DNA from: an uncultured Pseudomonadales bacterium
GTDB taxonomy: Bacteria; Patescibacteriota; Microgenomatia; UBA1400; PJMF01
Assembly (NCBI GenBank): GCA_964511345.1
Contig: CAZEEV010000001.1
Location: forward strand, 220,342 to 284,341
DNA length: 64,000 nucleotides
Direction of reading: 5' to 3'
Below, in pieces: positions 30,501 through 40,133 of the stretch (positions within the stretch are counted from its first letter, which is position 1; the number at the start of each line of letters is the position of its first letter). Position numbers and translations under genes: made by a program. Under the pieces are notes generated by a model. It searched no databases, was not told the DNA's origin, and saw only the letters and a list, made by a program, of their open reading frames with translations.

Positions 30501-30994
30501 ATCCTGAATTCAGCCAAGATCAGGTGTTTCTTTTTGGCGGATTGCTAAGTCGCTTCAAAGAAATTACTACCAAAAAAGGTCAGAAAATGGCCTTCGCCAC
30601 GCTCGAAGATCAAACTGGTAAAGCCGAGTTGATTATTTTTCCTCGTACTTATAATGAGCTTGGTTTTCAACTTGAGCAAGATCAAGTGGTTTTAGTGAGA
30701 GGCAAAGTCCAGCACGAGGAAGAAGAGTTTAAGATCATCGCTGAAAAAATTATTATTCCCAAAGATGAAGAAGTCGAATTTGCTAAAGATCAAGATTATA
30801 GAGAAATCTTCGTCCCTCGCAAAACCTCACCAGAGACTTTGAAAAAATTAGGCACTCTGCTCAAAGCTAATTTGGGTCAAGAAAAAGTAGTCATCGTCAT
30901 TCCTAATGGTGCCAAAGCAGAAAGAATCGTCTTACCGTATAAAGTGAATTATAATGAAGAACTAATCAAGGAAATCGAAAAAATCTTAAATTAA
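27536..30994 (+). CDS. dnaE: DNA polymerase III alpha subunit (PHP + pol domain)
   Basis: 1152 aa. N-terminal PHP motif FVHLHVHTEYSMLDG and the catalytic region. Confidence 0.9.
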   Translation: MSKQNFVHLHVHTEYSMLDGLSKIPDLVKKVKDLKQTAVAITDHGNMYGNIAFYNECKKEGIKAIIGVEAYIAKNSRFDKQIRVGSDQFHLTLLAENYVGYKNLMKMVTIANFEGFSYKPRIDDEILEKYSEGVILLSGCMSSQTSRLLLDDKDEKALEIFKKYKKIFKDRFYIEVQNSPHIEESKTLRDKLVQVARQLNLPLVATNDSHYLEKEDAEAQDALLCVQTRKLISDAKRMKMVDKPDFYFKSTEEMSELFSDLPEAIENTVKIAERCNLEIPTGHLIFPSYELPKGETYDTYLRKLSFEGAKKKYGKITPEIEKRLEYEIGIINGKGYPAYFLITQDFVNWAKNQGIAVGPGRGSAAGSVVSYALNITTLNPLEHGLPFERFLNPERPTPPDIDMDFADIKRDEVINYVAKKYGEDHVAAVITFGRMEARVAVRDIGRVLGLPYEDPDRIAKLIPNEPGKKVSIKSAIENIPELASLYKQDKFKRLLDLASKVEGTIRHSSMHACAIIIADKSLDNYTPIQKDSRSGKTLTQLDMYSLDCNIDDNAVGLLKFDFLGLRNLSIIQEALKLIKIYKNKDIAIDRLPLDDKKTFDLLASGDTTGVFQLESAGMRRVAKSLKPSAFSDITAMVALYRPGPMDLIPRFIEGKHNSASIEYPHESLEPFLKETYGIMVYQEQILEIVHFMAGYSLGEADMLRRAIGKKKKKILDKNKNRFIEESVKNNYKKETAEKIWGFIEAFANYGFNKAHAACYAMIAYETAWLKANYPVEYMTALMSVESNSHGMNRDEKIAIAIEDCRKMGIKILAPDINLSAQDFTIETNKDSKENMAIRFGLTAIKHVGKAAIENIIEVRKAEKNFASFTHFIQATDSRKVNKKTLECLIKVGAMDRFATRASMLENLDQIRQNAGQFQSEIDGQDHLFASVSEKSTEIKDSFIKLKEYPEAELLSFEKELLGLYLTDHPLADALSLVSKRSNMKIAELDPEFSQDQVFLFGGLLSRFKEITTKKGQKMAFATLEDQTGKAELIIFPRTYNELGFQLEQDQVVLVRGKVQHEEEEFKIIAEKIIIPKDEEVEFAKDQDYREIFVPRKTSPETLKKLGTLLKANLGQEKVVIVIPNGAKAERIVLPYKVNYNEELIKEIEKILN

Positions 30995-31002
30995 AAAAGA
31001 TT

Positions 31003-31854
31003 ATGCCTGCCAATTATCAAGCAATTAATAGAATAGCCTGGCAAATTCGTCGCGAATTATTGCAGATGATCTACGAGGCGCAAAGTGGTCATCCTGCTGG
31101 TTCACTGGGAATGGCAGATGTTTTTGCTGCGCTTTTTTTTGGTGGTATCCTGCGTCACGATAGTAAGCGCCCAAATTGGGACAAGCGCGATTATTTTTTT
31201 CTGAGCAACGGGCACATCTCTCCAGTTTTTTATGCTACTTTAGCGAAAGATGGTTATTTTCCGCTTGAGGAATTAAAAACTTTCCGCCAAATTAATTCAC
31301 ATTTGCAAGGACATCCACATTTTACTTTTGATTTAAAAAAATCTTTACCAGGAGTAGAAAATAGCTCTGGGCCACTTGGCCAAGGTTTATCTCAAGCTGC
31401 TGGCATGGCTATGGCTTTAAAAATGGATCAAAAGAAAAACAGAGTATTTTGTATGATGAGCGATGGAGAGCAACAAGAGGGACAAATTTGGGAAGCCTAT
31501 CAATTCATTATTCATCATCATCTAAATAATCTCATCGGCATTATTGATTACAATAAAATTCAAATTTCTGGCACCACGGAGCAAATTCTTTCACTTGGTA
31601 ATTTAAAACTCAAACTGATGAGTTTTGGTTTTAAAGTTTTGGAAATGGATGCTCACGATTTTACAGATATCTTTGCAAAATTTGTTTTAGCAAAAAATGA
31701 AACCAAACAGCCAGTTATTATCATCGCCAATAGTATCCCTGGAAAAGGTGTCTCTTTTATGGAGAACAGTCACGATTGGCATGGTAAAGCTCCGACAGAA
31801 AGTGAATACAACCAAGCTATGAAAGAAATGAGTATTAAGGAAAAATCATTGTGA
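31003..31854 (+). CDS. Transketolase, N-terminal (TPP-binding) subunit of a split enzyme
   Basis: 283 aa with TPP-binding motifs (GHPAG.., SNGH, GDGE..EG). It overlaps the C-terminal subunit gene by 4 nt. Confidence 0.8.
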   Translation: MPANYQAINRIAWQIRRELLQMIYEAQSGHPAGSLGMADVFAALFFGGILRHDSKRPNWDKRDYFFLSNGHISPVFYATLAKDGYFPLEELKTFRQINSHLQGHPHFTFDLKKSLPGVENSSGPLGQGLSQAAGMAMALKMDQKKNRVFCMMSDGEQQEGQIWEAYQFIIHHHLNNLIGIIDYNKIQISGTTEQILSLGNLKLKLMSFGFKVLEMDAHDFTDIFAKFVLAKNETKQPVIIIANSIPGKGVSFMENSHDWHGKAPTESEYNQAMKEMSIKEKSL

Positions 31855-32828
31855 GTTCAACAATACTAAAAGCTACTAGAGATGGATTTGGCGAAGCAAT
31901 GTTAAAGCTTGGTCAAGAAAATGAGCAAGTGGTCGTTTTATGCGCCGATCTTCGCGAGTCTTTGCGTCTAGATAAATTTGCTAAAAATTTTCCAAATCGT
32001 TATGTGGAATGCGGAGTCGCTGAACAAAATATGATGGGCGTTGGCGCGGGTTTAGCTTTGGCTGGCAAAATTCCTTTTATTACTAGCTTTGCCACTTTTA
32101 ATCCTGAACGCAACCTAGATCAACTAAGAGTAGCAGTTTACAGTGACTTGAATATCAAAGTTATTGGTGGACACGCTGGATTGAGCACTGGCGAAGATGG
32201 AGCTACTCATCAAGCTTTAGAAGATTTAAGTATTGTTTGCGCTTTGCCTAAAATGACAGTTGTTGTTCCAGCTGACAGTGAACAAAGTCAAATTCTCACA
32301 GAACAAATTGCCGCCTATAACGGACCGTGTTATTTACGACTTGGCAGAAAAAAATTAGCAACAATTAGTGATTTTGTTGAAGCACCTGAAACAAAAATCG
32401 GTAAAGCTCAAGTCCTCACAGAGGGCACTGATTTAAGTATTTTTGCTTGTGGTTTGATGGTCCAAGAAAGTCTCAAGGCTGCTTTTGAAGTAAAAAAATT
32501 AGGCATTAAAGCAGAGGTAATTAATTTGCACACTCTCAAACCTTTGGATAAAGAAAGTATTATCAAAAGTGCGAATAAAACTGGTGCAGTTATCGTCGCT
32601 TGTGAACACGAAATAAATTCAGGCTTTAATAGCTTGGTGATTCAAGCTATTGCCAAAGCTACTGGTTCTGAAATTGAGAAACCGATTGCTATCGAAAGTA
32701 TTGGTACAGAAGACTTTGGCGAGTCAGGCAAAGATGGCGACTTACTGAGAAAATATGGATTAGATTATTTAGGAATTATTAAAAAAATAAAATTAGTTTT
32801 AGAAAAAAAGAAAAAATTGAATTCATGA
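31851..32828 (+). CDS. Transketolase, C-terminal (pyrimidine-binding) subunit
   Basis: 325 aa matching the transketolase Pyr/C-terminal domains. Split tkt is known from archaea and several bacteria. Confidence 0.8.
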   Translation: MSSTILKATRDGFGEAMLKLGQENEQVVVLCADLRESLRLDKFAKNFPNRYVECGVAEQNMMGVGAGLALAGKIPFITSFATFNPERNLDQLRVAVYSDLNIKVIGGHAGLSTGEDGATHQALEDLSIVCALPKMTVVVPADSEQSQILTEQIAAYNGPCYLRLGRKKLATISDFVEAPETKIGKAQVLTEGTDLSIFACGLMVQESLKAAFEVKKLGIKAEVINLHTLKPLDKESIIKSANKTGAVIVACEHEINSGFNSLVIQAIAKATGSEIEKPIAIESIGTEDFGESGKDGDLLRKYGLDYLGIIKKIKLVLEKKKKLNS

Positions 32829-33925
32829 AAAAAATTGTTTTGACCGTCTTTTTTATTTTATTTTCACTCCAAGCATCTGTCATAAAAGCGAATGCTCAAA
32901 CTCAAAACGAACAAAAAAATTACAAAGCTACCGTCACACAAATTCTAGAAAAGAAAACTTCTGGAAATCTAAGCGCGGGAGAAATGTTTCAAAAATTAGA
33001 ACTAATTATTAATGGCAAGGGTGATTTATATCAACAAAAAATTACTGCTGAAAATATTGATCCGCGTATTGAATATAAAATTGGTGATAAATTAATGATT
33101 TATCAGGCTGACGCCAACACTTTTTTAATTGCCGACCAAGTCAGAACCAACGCTTTATTAGTTTTGTTTATCATTTTTATTGTTTTGGTTGTGGCTGTTT
33201 CCAAATGGCAAGGCCTCGGTTCTCTGCTGGGAATGGCTATTTCTTTCCTAGTTATTATTTATTTTATTTTGCCAAAAATTGCTGGTGGAGCTAATCCTAT
33301 TTTAATTGCCGTTCTCGGATCCTTAATGATTATTCCTGCCACATTTTATCCTTCGCACGGTTTAAATCATAAAACCACCATCGCAGTTTTCAGCACTTTA
33401 ATCGCTCTTATCATGACTGGCTTTTTGGCCAGTTTCTTTATTGGTTTTGCCAAATTAACTGGCTTATCTTCCGAAGAAGCAGGTTTTCTACAAACCATCA
33501 ATCCAGAACTTTTTAATATGAAAGGATTACTTTTAGCCGGAGTAATTGTTGGTATTTTAGGAGTCTTGGATGACGTTACAGTTTCACAAGTTTCCATTGT
33601 TCAACAATTAAAACTTGCTAATCCTAATTTAAAAATTGGGGAGTTATATAAAAGCTCCATGGAAGTAGGACATGACCACATTTCTTCCATGGTCAATACT
33701 TTAGTGTTAGTTTATGCAGGAGCTTCTTTACCATTATTGTTGTTATTTAACGATGCAGCCAAACCATTTAGCGAACTTGTTAATTACGAAATTATTGCTG
33801 ATGAGATAGTTCGTACTTTAGTTGGAAGTATAGGTCTAATTTTAGCAGTACCAATTAGCACTCTTTTGGCAATTATTTTTGTTGACAAACTGGGCAATAA
33901 AATGTCCCACGACCACCTTGTTTAA
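32825..33925 (+). CDS. YibE/F-family membrane protein
   Basis: 366 aa. Signal/anchor, a soluble N-terminal domain, then about 7 TM helices with glycine-rich segments typical of YibE/F. Confidence 0.55.
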   Translation: MKKIVLTVFFILFSLQASVIKANAQTQNEQKNYKATVTQILEKKTSGNLSAGEMFQKLELIINGKGDLYQQKITAENIDPRIEYKIGDKLMIYQADANTFLIADQVRTNALLVLFIIFIVLVVAVSKWQGLGSLLGMAISFLVIIYFILPKIAGGANPILIAVLGSLMIIPATFYPSHGLNHKTTIAVFSTLIALIMTGFLASFFIGFAKLTGLSSEEAGFLQTINPELFNMKGLLLAGVIVGILGVLDDVTVSQVSIVQQLKLANPNLKIGELYKSSMEVGHDHISSMVNTLVLVYAGASLPLLLLFNDAAKPFSELVNYEIIADEIVRTLVGSIGLILAVPISTLLAIIFVDKLGNKMSHDHLV

Positions 33926-34736
33926 TTTTCTCTATTTTTGCTCCGCAATTTGAACAAGCTTCACCAGCCCTACCATAAACCTTAAGTTCATTTTGAAAAC
34001 CACCAGCAAAACCATCAACTCCTACATACTTACCATCAAAAGTCGTGCCACCTAATTCCGTGGAGCGTTCGATAATTGCTTGCATGGCTTTAAGCAATTC
34101 AGTCATTTCTTTTTTACTTATTTCTTTAGCTGGCTTGGTCGGATTAATGCCAACCGCAAAAAGCGATTCACTGGCATAAATATTGCCTACACCACAAATG
34201 ACTTTGTTATCCATGATAAATTGTTTAATCGGCACTTGGCGTTTTTTGGCGGCATTAAGTAAATAATCGACGGTCAAGTTTGGATCATTGATGTCTGGAC
34301 CATAATTTACAAACTCCCTGTCAATGTCTTGTTTAAGAGGCGAGCGGATCCAACCAAAAACTCGCATATCGTTAAAAAAGAGTTTTGAGGTATCGGTAAA
34401 ACTAAAAATGACCCTGGTATGTTTAGCTGGCAAATCATTAACCCAATCGGCATTTGGATGACCGCCACCAGCCCTTTTGCCATCAACATCAACAAAAATT
34501 AATTGGCCAGTCATTTTTAAATGAATGAGTAAATCACGTTGACCACTTAAAACAATTTGTAAAATCTTCGCGCGACGTTTCACTTCTACAACAGTCTGAT
34601 CTAAAATTTCTTGACTCAAAGTAGGGAAGGCGAGAAAACTTTTCTCCCGCAGAACTTCGATTTGTTGAATTTGACGATTAGCTAAAATACTAGTTAATTT
34701 GCGACGAATTGATTCTACTTCTGGAAGTTCGGGCAT
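33873..34736 (-). CDS. mutM: Formamidopyrimidine-DNA glycosylase (Fpg/MutM)
   Basis: 287 aa. MPELPEVE N-terminus (catalytic Pro2/Glu3), H2TH region and a C-terminal zinc finger CxxC...CPVCQ. The 3' end overlaps the convergent YibE/F gene by 53 nt. Confidence 0.8.
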   Translation of the reverse strand: MPELPEVESIRRKLTSILANRQIQQIEVLREKSFLAFPTLSQEILDQTVVEVKRRAKILQIVLSGQRDLLIHLKMTGQLIFVDVDGKRAGGGHPNADWVNDLPAKHTRVIFSFTDTSKLFFNDMRVFGWIRSPLKQDIDREFVNYGPDINDPNLTVDYLLNAAKKRQVPIKQFIMDNKVICGVGNIYASESLFAVGINPTKPAKEISKKEMTELLKAMQAIIERSTELGGTTFDGKYVGVDGFAGGFQNELKVYGRAGEACSNCGAKIEKIKQGGRGTFYCPVCQQK

Positions 34737-34739
34737 ATT

Positions 34740-35327
34740 CTATTTTTGGTCAGAACCATCGATGGAACTACGAGAATATTTTAATTCCAATAGTTTTTCT
34801 AAAAGTGGAAAAGTTGTGTAAGGTTTTTTAAAAGTATCTGAGCCCATGTGTCCTTCGCCTTCACGTAAAATCAGGGTGCCACCTAAATGATGAAAAAGAT
34901 CTAAACCTTCTTTGTCATCGCAACCCCATGGATCGTCAGTTGAGTTAATAAAAATAATATCTTTAACGTTTTGTTTAATTTTTGCCCAATCGTAAGAATC
35001 CTGTAAAATCAATGGATTGTCACCTTCATTTTTCAATTTGTCATAACCAGCCACAATCACCGCTTTGTGAATTTGTACGTTAATGTTTTGCAAAATACTT
35101 AAAACAAAAGGTCCGCCAGCAGAGTGACCAATTAGAATAGTTTCTTGTGAAAATTTTCCTTGCTCCAGAACCAATGGCAACCATTTTTTCAAATCTGGTT
35201 TATCGGAATTTGGTAAAGCTGGAACCCAAACTTCATAACCATTTTTTTCTAAAAACTTTTTAATACTTGGTAACCAGTAAGAATTTGGTGTACAAGAAGT
35301 TCCGTGGAGAATAATGGCATTTTTCAT
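34740..35327 (-). CDS. Alpha/beta hydrolase (RBBP9/YdeN-like serine hydrolase)
   Basis: About 195 aa from MKNAIILHG. Nucleophile elbow GHSAGG and a late His. Confidence 0.55.
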   Translation of the reverse strand: MKNAIILHGTSCTPNSYWLPSIKKFLEKNGYEVWVPALPNSDKPDLKKWLPLVLEQGKFSQETILIGHSAGGPFVLSILQNINVQIHKAVIVAGYDKLKNEGDNPLILQDSYDWAKIKQNVKDIIFINSTDDPWGCDDKEGLDLFHHLGGTLILREGEGHMGSDTFKKPYTTFPLLEKLLELKYSRSSIDGSDQK

Positions 35328-35331
35328 AAAT

Positions 35332-38301
35332 TTAATCCCTATGTTCCTTTGCTCCAATCAAACCACATTTTTTATATTTAAGACCTGAACCACATGGGCA
35401 AAGATCGTTGCGACCAACCTTAGCATATTTATCAGTTGGCTGGTTTGCACCGCCACTATTAGAGCCACCGTTAGTACTACCACCCATTTTGCCCAGTGCA
35501 GCAGCCAAATCATTGGCATTGCCTTTTTGACCACCGTTGCCACCAGAACTAGCTCTTTCTTGTCTTTGCTCTACCTGCACTGCTTGTCCTAAGTTTGGAG
35601 TCGCTTCAGAAGGGGCTTGAAGATTAATTCTCTCTGGCATAGTGGAGCGATTCATTAAAGGCTGAACACGGAAAATGCGAGCCGCGATAGTACTTTCAAC
35701 GTTAGTAATTAAACTTTCAAACATCATGAAAGCTTCTTTTTTGTATTCAGCTAGAACAGTATTTTTATCACCGCGCAACCAAATACCTTCACGCAAATCT
35801 TCTACGCCATCCAAATGATCCATCCATTTTTCATCGATGGTGGAGAGCACTACATATTTTTCCAATTCATGCATAATGTCTTCACCAAGAGTTTTTTCTC
35901 TGGACTCATAAGTTTTAGTAACGATTTCTAGTAACTCGCTAGCTATTTCATCGGTGCTAGTTAATTTACTAATTTTTTTAGTTAAACGACTTTGTGAAGC
36001 TTCATCAAAAGGAATTAGGCGCACAAATTCTTTGGTGATCGCCTCAAATTCATCCTCGGTAAAATTTTCAGGCGCACGCAAGGAAACCAAGCCAGTAATT
36101 TCATTACTTAAATAATCCATGATTTGATTTTTAAGAGTATCTTCTTTGCCTTCTTCAAAAACACTAGCCTCTAATAAACGACGACGACGTTTGTAAATAA
36201 TTTCACGATGCTTATTCATCACATCGTCAAATTCCACCAAACGTTTACGTTGATCAAAAAAGAAAGTTTCGACTTTGACCTGGGCTGATTCGATAGCTTT
36301 ACTGACCATTGGATTTTCAATCGCCTGATCTTCGTCTATCTTGAGGAAATCCATGACTTTGGCGATTTGCTCACCACCAAAAATACGCATGATTTCATCA
36401 TCTAAGCCCACAAAAAATTGTGAGGTACCTGGATCACCCTGACGACCAGAACGACCACGCAACTGATTATCGATACGACGAGATTCATGACGTTCAGTAG
36501 CCACAATTGCCAAACCACCTACTGACACAACGTCGTCGTGATCTGTCTGCCATTTGTCCAAAGCAGTGGCGTAAGCATCTAAATCATAATTAGCTGGATT
36601 AATGGAAGTTGGCAAACCAAGCTTCTCATATTTTTTAGCTAAAGCAATTTTTTTCTTAGAACGCTCTTTCTTTAAGAAATCTTTTAATTCAGGTTTAGCA
36701 CCACCAAGCACAATATCCACACCACGACCAGCGATGTTGGTAGCAACAGTAATCGCTCCACGACGACCAGCATCAGCGATAATAAAAGCTTCTTTTTCGT
36801 GGTTCTTAGCATTTAAAACTTGATGAGGAATATTTTTTCTCTTTAGAAAGTTAGCCACAATTTGGTTGTGTTCGATAGAGCGCGTACCAATTAAAACAGG
36901 ACGCCCATCAGCATGGATTTCTTCGACAGCTTTGACAATGGCTGAATATTTAGCAGCGGTATTTTTATAAACCTGATCTGGTAAATCTTGACGCACCACT
37001 GGCTGATTAGTAGGAATAGCTAAAACATCGACATGATAAATTTGATTAAATTCTTCTGCCTCAGTTAGAGCCGTACCAGTCATGCCAGAAAGTTTCTCGT
37101 ACATGCGGAAATAGTTCTGCAGTGAAACAGTCGCCAAAGTACGTGATTCTTGTTGAATTGGTACACCTTCTTTGGCTTCAATAGCCTGATGCAAACCATC
37201 ACTGTAGCGACGACCAAACATCAAACGACCAGTGTGCTCATCAACGATCACTACCTGATTATCTTTAACGATGTATTCTTTATCACGTAAATAAAGTGTG
37301 CTGGCTTTGAGAGCAGATTCGACATGATGAATGGTATCAAAACTTTCTTCGTAAAGGTTTTTGACTCCCAATTTGGCTTCGATACGTTTCACACCGAGAT
37401 CGGTTAGAGTAGCGGTCTTGGATTTTTCATCGAGTTTAAAATCTTGATCAATAACCAAAGAACGCACCATTTTGGCATATTCAAAATATTTATCTGTCGG
37501 CTCACTATCTGGTGCAGAAATAATTAAAGGCGTACGCGCTTCATCAATTAAAATAGAATCAGCTTCATCCACAATGGCAAAATAATGCGGTGTATCCTGA
37601 CGTTGGACCATTTGATCCAAGCTCTGCACCATGTTATCGCGCAAATAATCGAAGCCAAACTCATTATTGGTGCCATAAGTAATATCGGCTAGATAAGCAT
37701 CTTGACGCTGTATTTCTTCGAAATGCTCTAAACGCTCGTCGCCTCGCTCCTCGCTATCAACATCAGGGTTATAAAGCCTCGCATGATCATGCACGATTAC
37801 AGCGGCTTTAAGACCCAAAAAATGATATAAAGGCCCCATCCAACCCAAACCAATTTCACTCAAATAATCATTGACGGTAATCAGTTGCACACCTTTGCCA
37901 AGCAAAGCATTGAGGTAGAGTGGACAAGTCACAGTCAGAGTTTTACCTTCACCAGTTTTTTGTTCAGTAATATTACTGTTGTGTAAAGCAACGCCAGCTA
38001 AAAGTTGAACATCAAAATGGCGCATCCCTAAAATACGATGCGAGGCTTCACGCACGGTGGCATAAGCTTCAGGTAAAATTTCATTTAAAATTTCTTGCTC
38101 TTTGGCTCTTAAATCAGCTTGGTTAACTCCTTCAAGTGCGGCACTAATTTGTGCTTTAAATTTTTCGGTTTGTGCAGCTAATTCGTCATCACTAAGAGCC
38201 TGCATTTGTGGCTCAAAGGCATTAATTTGGTCAACAACCAGTTGATATTTTTTGATTTTTTTGGCTTCTTCGTCAAAAAGATTTTTAAAAAATTTGAACA
38301 T
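35332..38301 (-). CDS. secA: Preprotein translocase ATPase SecA
   Basis: 989 aa. DEAD-like motor motifs and a C-terminal zinc finger CPCGSGLKYKKCG. Confidence 0.95.
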   Translation of the reverse strand: MFKFFKNLFDEEAKKIKKYQLVVDQINAFEPQMQALSDDELAAQTEKFKAQISAALEGVNQADLRAKEQEILNEILPEAYATVREASHRILGMRHFDVQLLAGVALHNSNITEQKTGEGKTLTVTCPLYLNALLGKGVQLITVNDYLSEIGLGWMGPLYHFLGLKAAVIVHDHARLYNPDVDSEERGDERLEHFEEIQRQDAYLADITYGTNNEFGFDYLRDNMVQSLDQMVQRQDTPHYFAIVDEADSILIDEARTPLIISAPDSEPTDKYFEYAKMVRSLVIDQDFKLDEKSKTATLTDLGVKRIEAKLGVKNLYEESFDTIHHVESALKASTLYLRDKEYIVKDNQVVIVDEHTGRLMFGRRYSDGLHQAIEAKEGVPIQQESRTLATVSLQNYFRMYEKLSGMTGTALTEAEEFNQIYHVDVLAIPTNQPVVRQDLPDQVYKNTAAKYSAIVKAVEEIHADGRPVLIGTRSIEHNQIVANFLKRKNIPHQVLNAKNHEKEAFIIADAGRRGAITVATNIAGRGVDIVLGGAKPELKDFLKKERSKKKIALAKKYEKLGLPTSINPANYDLDAYATALDKWQTDHDDVVSVGGLAIVATERHESRRIDNQLRGRSGRQGDPGTSQFFVGLDDEIMRIFGGEQIAKVMDFLKIDEDQAIENPMVSKAIESAQVKVETFFFDQRKRLVEFDDVMNKHREIIYKRRRRLLEASVFEEGKEDTLKNQIMDYLSNEITGLVSLRAPENFTEDEFEAITKEFVRLIPFDEASQSRLTKKISKLTSTDEIASELLEIVTKTYESREKTLGEDIMHELEKYVVLSTIDEKWMDHLDGVEDLREGIWLRGDKNTVLAEYKKEAFMMFESLITNVESTIAARIFRVQPLMNRSTMPERINLQAPSEATPNLGQAVQVEQRQERASSGGNGGQKGNANDLAAALGKMGGSTNGGSNSGGANQPTDKYAKVGRNDLCPCGSGLKYKKCGLIGAKEHRD

Positions 38302-38327
38302 AAGATCCTACTTATACCATTTATTGA

Positions 38328-39584
38328 CTAGATCATAAATGGGCGCAAAACCTCTGGAATTTCCACTGTTCCATCAGCTTGCTGATAATTTTCGATGATT
38401 GCAGCCAACAAACGTGGGGAAGCAGCCACAGTGTTATTAAGAGTGTAAACAAATTTAGTGCTACCATCTTTAGCTTGATAGCGAATGTTTAAACGACGAG
38501 CCTGAAAATCATTGAAATAACTAGCAGAGTGAGTTTCACGATATTTGCCTTGTCCTGGGAACCAAGTTTCAAGATCATATTTCTTACGCTGTCCTGCACC
38601 CATATCACCAGTGCACATTAGTAAAACTTGATAAGGTAAATTCAAACCACGCAATAATTCTTCTGAAAAACCAACCATTTTTTGATGCCAGTCTCGAGTG
38701 ATTTCTTCGTCAGCCACGGTCAAAACTACCTGTTCGACTTTATTAAATTGATGAACACGAATAATCCCTTTAGTATCTTTGCCATAAGAACCAACCTCGC
38801 GACGGAAACAAGGAGAAATACCACAAATCTTGATGGGAAGGTCTTTTTCGCGAAGCAGCTCACCGCCATAATAGGAAGTTAAAGCTACTTCAGCAGTGCC
38901 AGCCAAAATTTGACCATCCTGAGTGTAATAGTGGTCCTCAGCTCCCCAAGGAAAATAGCCCGTACCAAACATGGCTTCTTTATTAACTAAAATTGGCGCC
39001 GACATGGCGGTAAAACCATGTTTTTTCATGATGGAAAGTGCATAAAGCATTAAAGCTTGTTCTAAAAAGAGTGCGCCATTTTTCAAAAAATAGCCCCTAA
39101 ATCCAGCGATCTTGGTAGCACGCTCCGTGTCTAGCCAGTCTAAATTTTTCATGATTTCTTCATGAGTTTTTGGTTGAAAATCAAATTCACGTTTTTGGCC
39201 TTCTTGTCTAACTACTTGGTTAGAACTTTCATCTTTACCAACTGGCACATCGGCAGCTGGAACGTTGGGAATTTGGCTTGAAAGATTAAAAAATTTCTCG
39301 TTGATTTCTTTTTCTTGAGGTTCTAAATCTTTCAACTTGGTTTTAATGGTTTTACCATTTTCAACTAATGCAACATCTGGGCGATTGCCTTCTGCTACCA
39401 TTTTTTTAATTTCATCGGCATTAGTATTTGCTTCTGCACGTAAAACATCCATTTCCTTTTGTAAACTGCGCCTCTCTTCATCAACTTTCAATAGCTGATC
39501 AACGATAGAGGAATCCAAATTTTTGTTGATACAAGCTTCTTTGACCTGCTCTTTATTTTGGCGGATGAAATTGATGTCTAGCAT
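38328..39584 (-). CDS. serS: Seryl-tRNA synthetase
   Basis: 418 aa. N-terminal coiled coil and class II motifs (...FRREVGSYGKDTKGIIRVHQFNKVE...). Confidence 0.9.
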   Translation of the reverse strand: MLDINFIRQNKEQVKEACINKNLDSSIVDQLLKVDEERRSLQKEMDVLRAEANTNADEIKKMVAEGNRPDVALVENGKTIKTKLKDLEPQEKEINEKFFNLSSQIPNVPAADVPVGKDESSNQVVRQEGQKREFDFQPKTHEEIMKNLDWLDTERATKIAGFRGYFLKNGALFLEQALMLYALSIMKKHGFTAMSAPILVNKEAMFGTGYFPWGAEDHYYTQDGQILAGTAEVALTSYYGGELLREKDLPIKICGISPCFRREVGSYGKDTKGIIRVHQFNKVEQVVLTVADEEITRDWHQKMVGFSEELLRGLNLPYQVLLMCTGDMGAGQRKKYDLETWFPGQGKYRETHSASYFNDFQARRLNIRYQAKDGSTKFVYTLNNTVAASPRLLAAIIENYQQADGTVEIPEVLRPFMI

Positions 39585-39599
39585 AATTAATTCCTTATT

Positions 39600-40133
39600 C
39601 TACACTTTTGCAAATACATTAATTAAAAATTGAATATGTTCTTCTGGATTTTTTTCAATTAGCTCAAAACCCAAAGCAATATCTTCGCGACTCACATTAG
39701 CTGCAAAAGATTTGTCTTTGATTTTTTTCTTGACCGATTTGACTTGCATATCAGCAAAACCATTTGGTCGCATCAGTGAAACAGCATGCATTAGACCACT
39801 TAATTCATCACAGGCGAAAAGATATTTGTCTAACAAACTCTCAGCTTGAACATTGGTGCGACTTGGAGCATGAGCCAAAATTGCCTGTTTCATTTCCTCT
39901 GGATAATCTCCAAAAAATTCTGCTACGGCTTTCATCGGATGCTCGTCGGGAAATTGTTCCCAATCCAGATCGTGAAGCAACCCCGTAGCGTACCAAAGTT
40001 CCACATCTTGATTTAAAGCCTTGGCGTAAACCTCCATTGCTTGAGCCACCATATAGCAATGATGGAGTAGAGCTTCATTTTTAATATATGTTTTTAGCAA
40101 TGTTTCACTAGATTTTCTGTCTGGAAAACTCAT
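39600..40133 (-). CDS. HD-domain phosphohydrolase
   Basis: 177 aa. H..HD metal-binding signature (LLHDLDWE). Confidence 0.6.
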   Translation of the reverse strand: MSFPDRKSSETLLKTYIKNEALLHHCYMVAQAMEVYAKALNQDVELWYATGLLHDLDWEQFPDEHPMKAVAEFFGDYPEEMKQAILAHAPSRTNVQAESLLDKYLFACDELSGLMHAVSLMRPNGFADMQVKSVKKKIKDKSFAANVSREDIALGFELIEKNPEEHIQFLINVFAKV

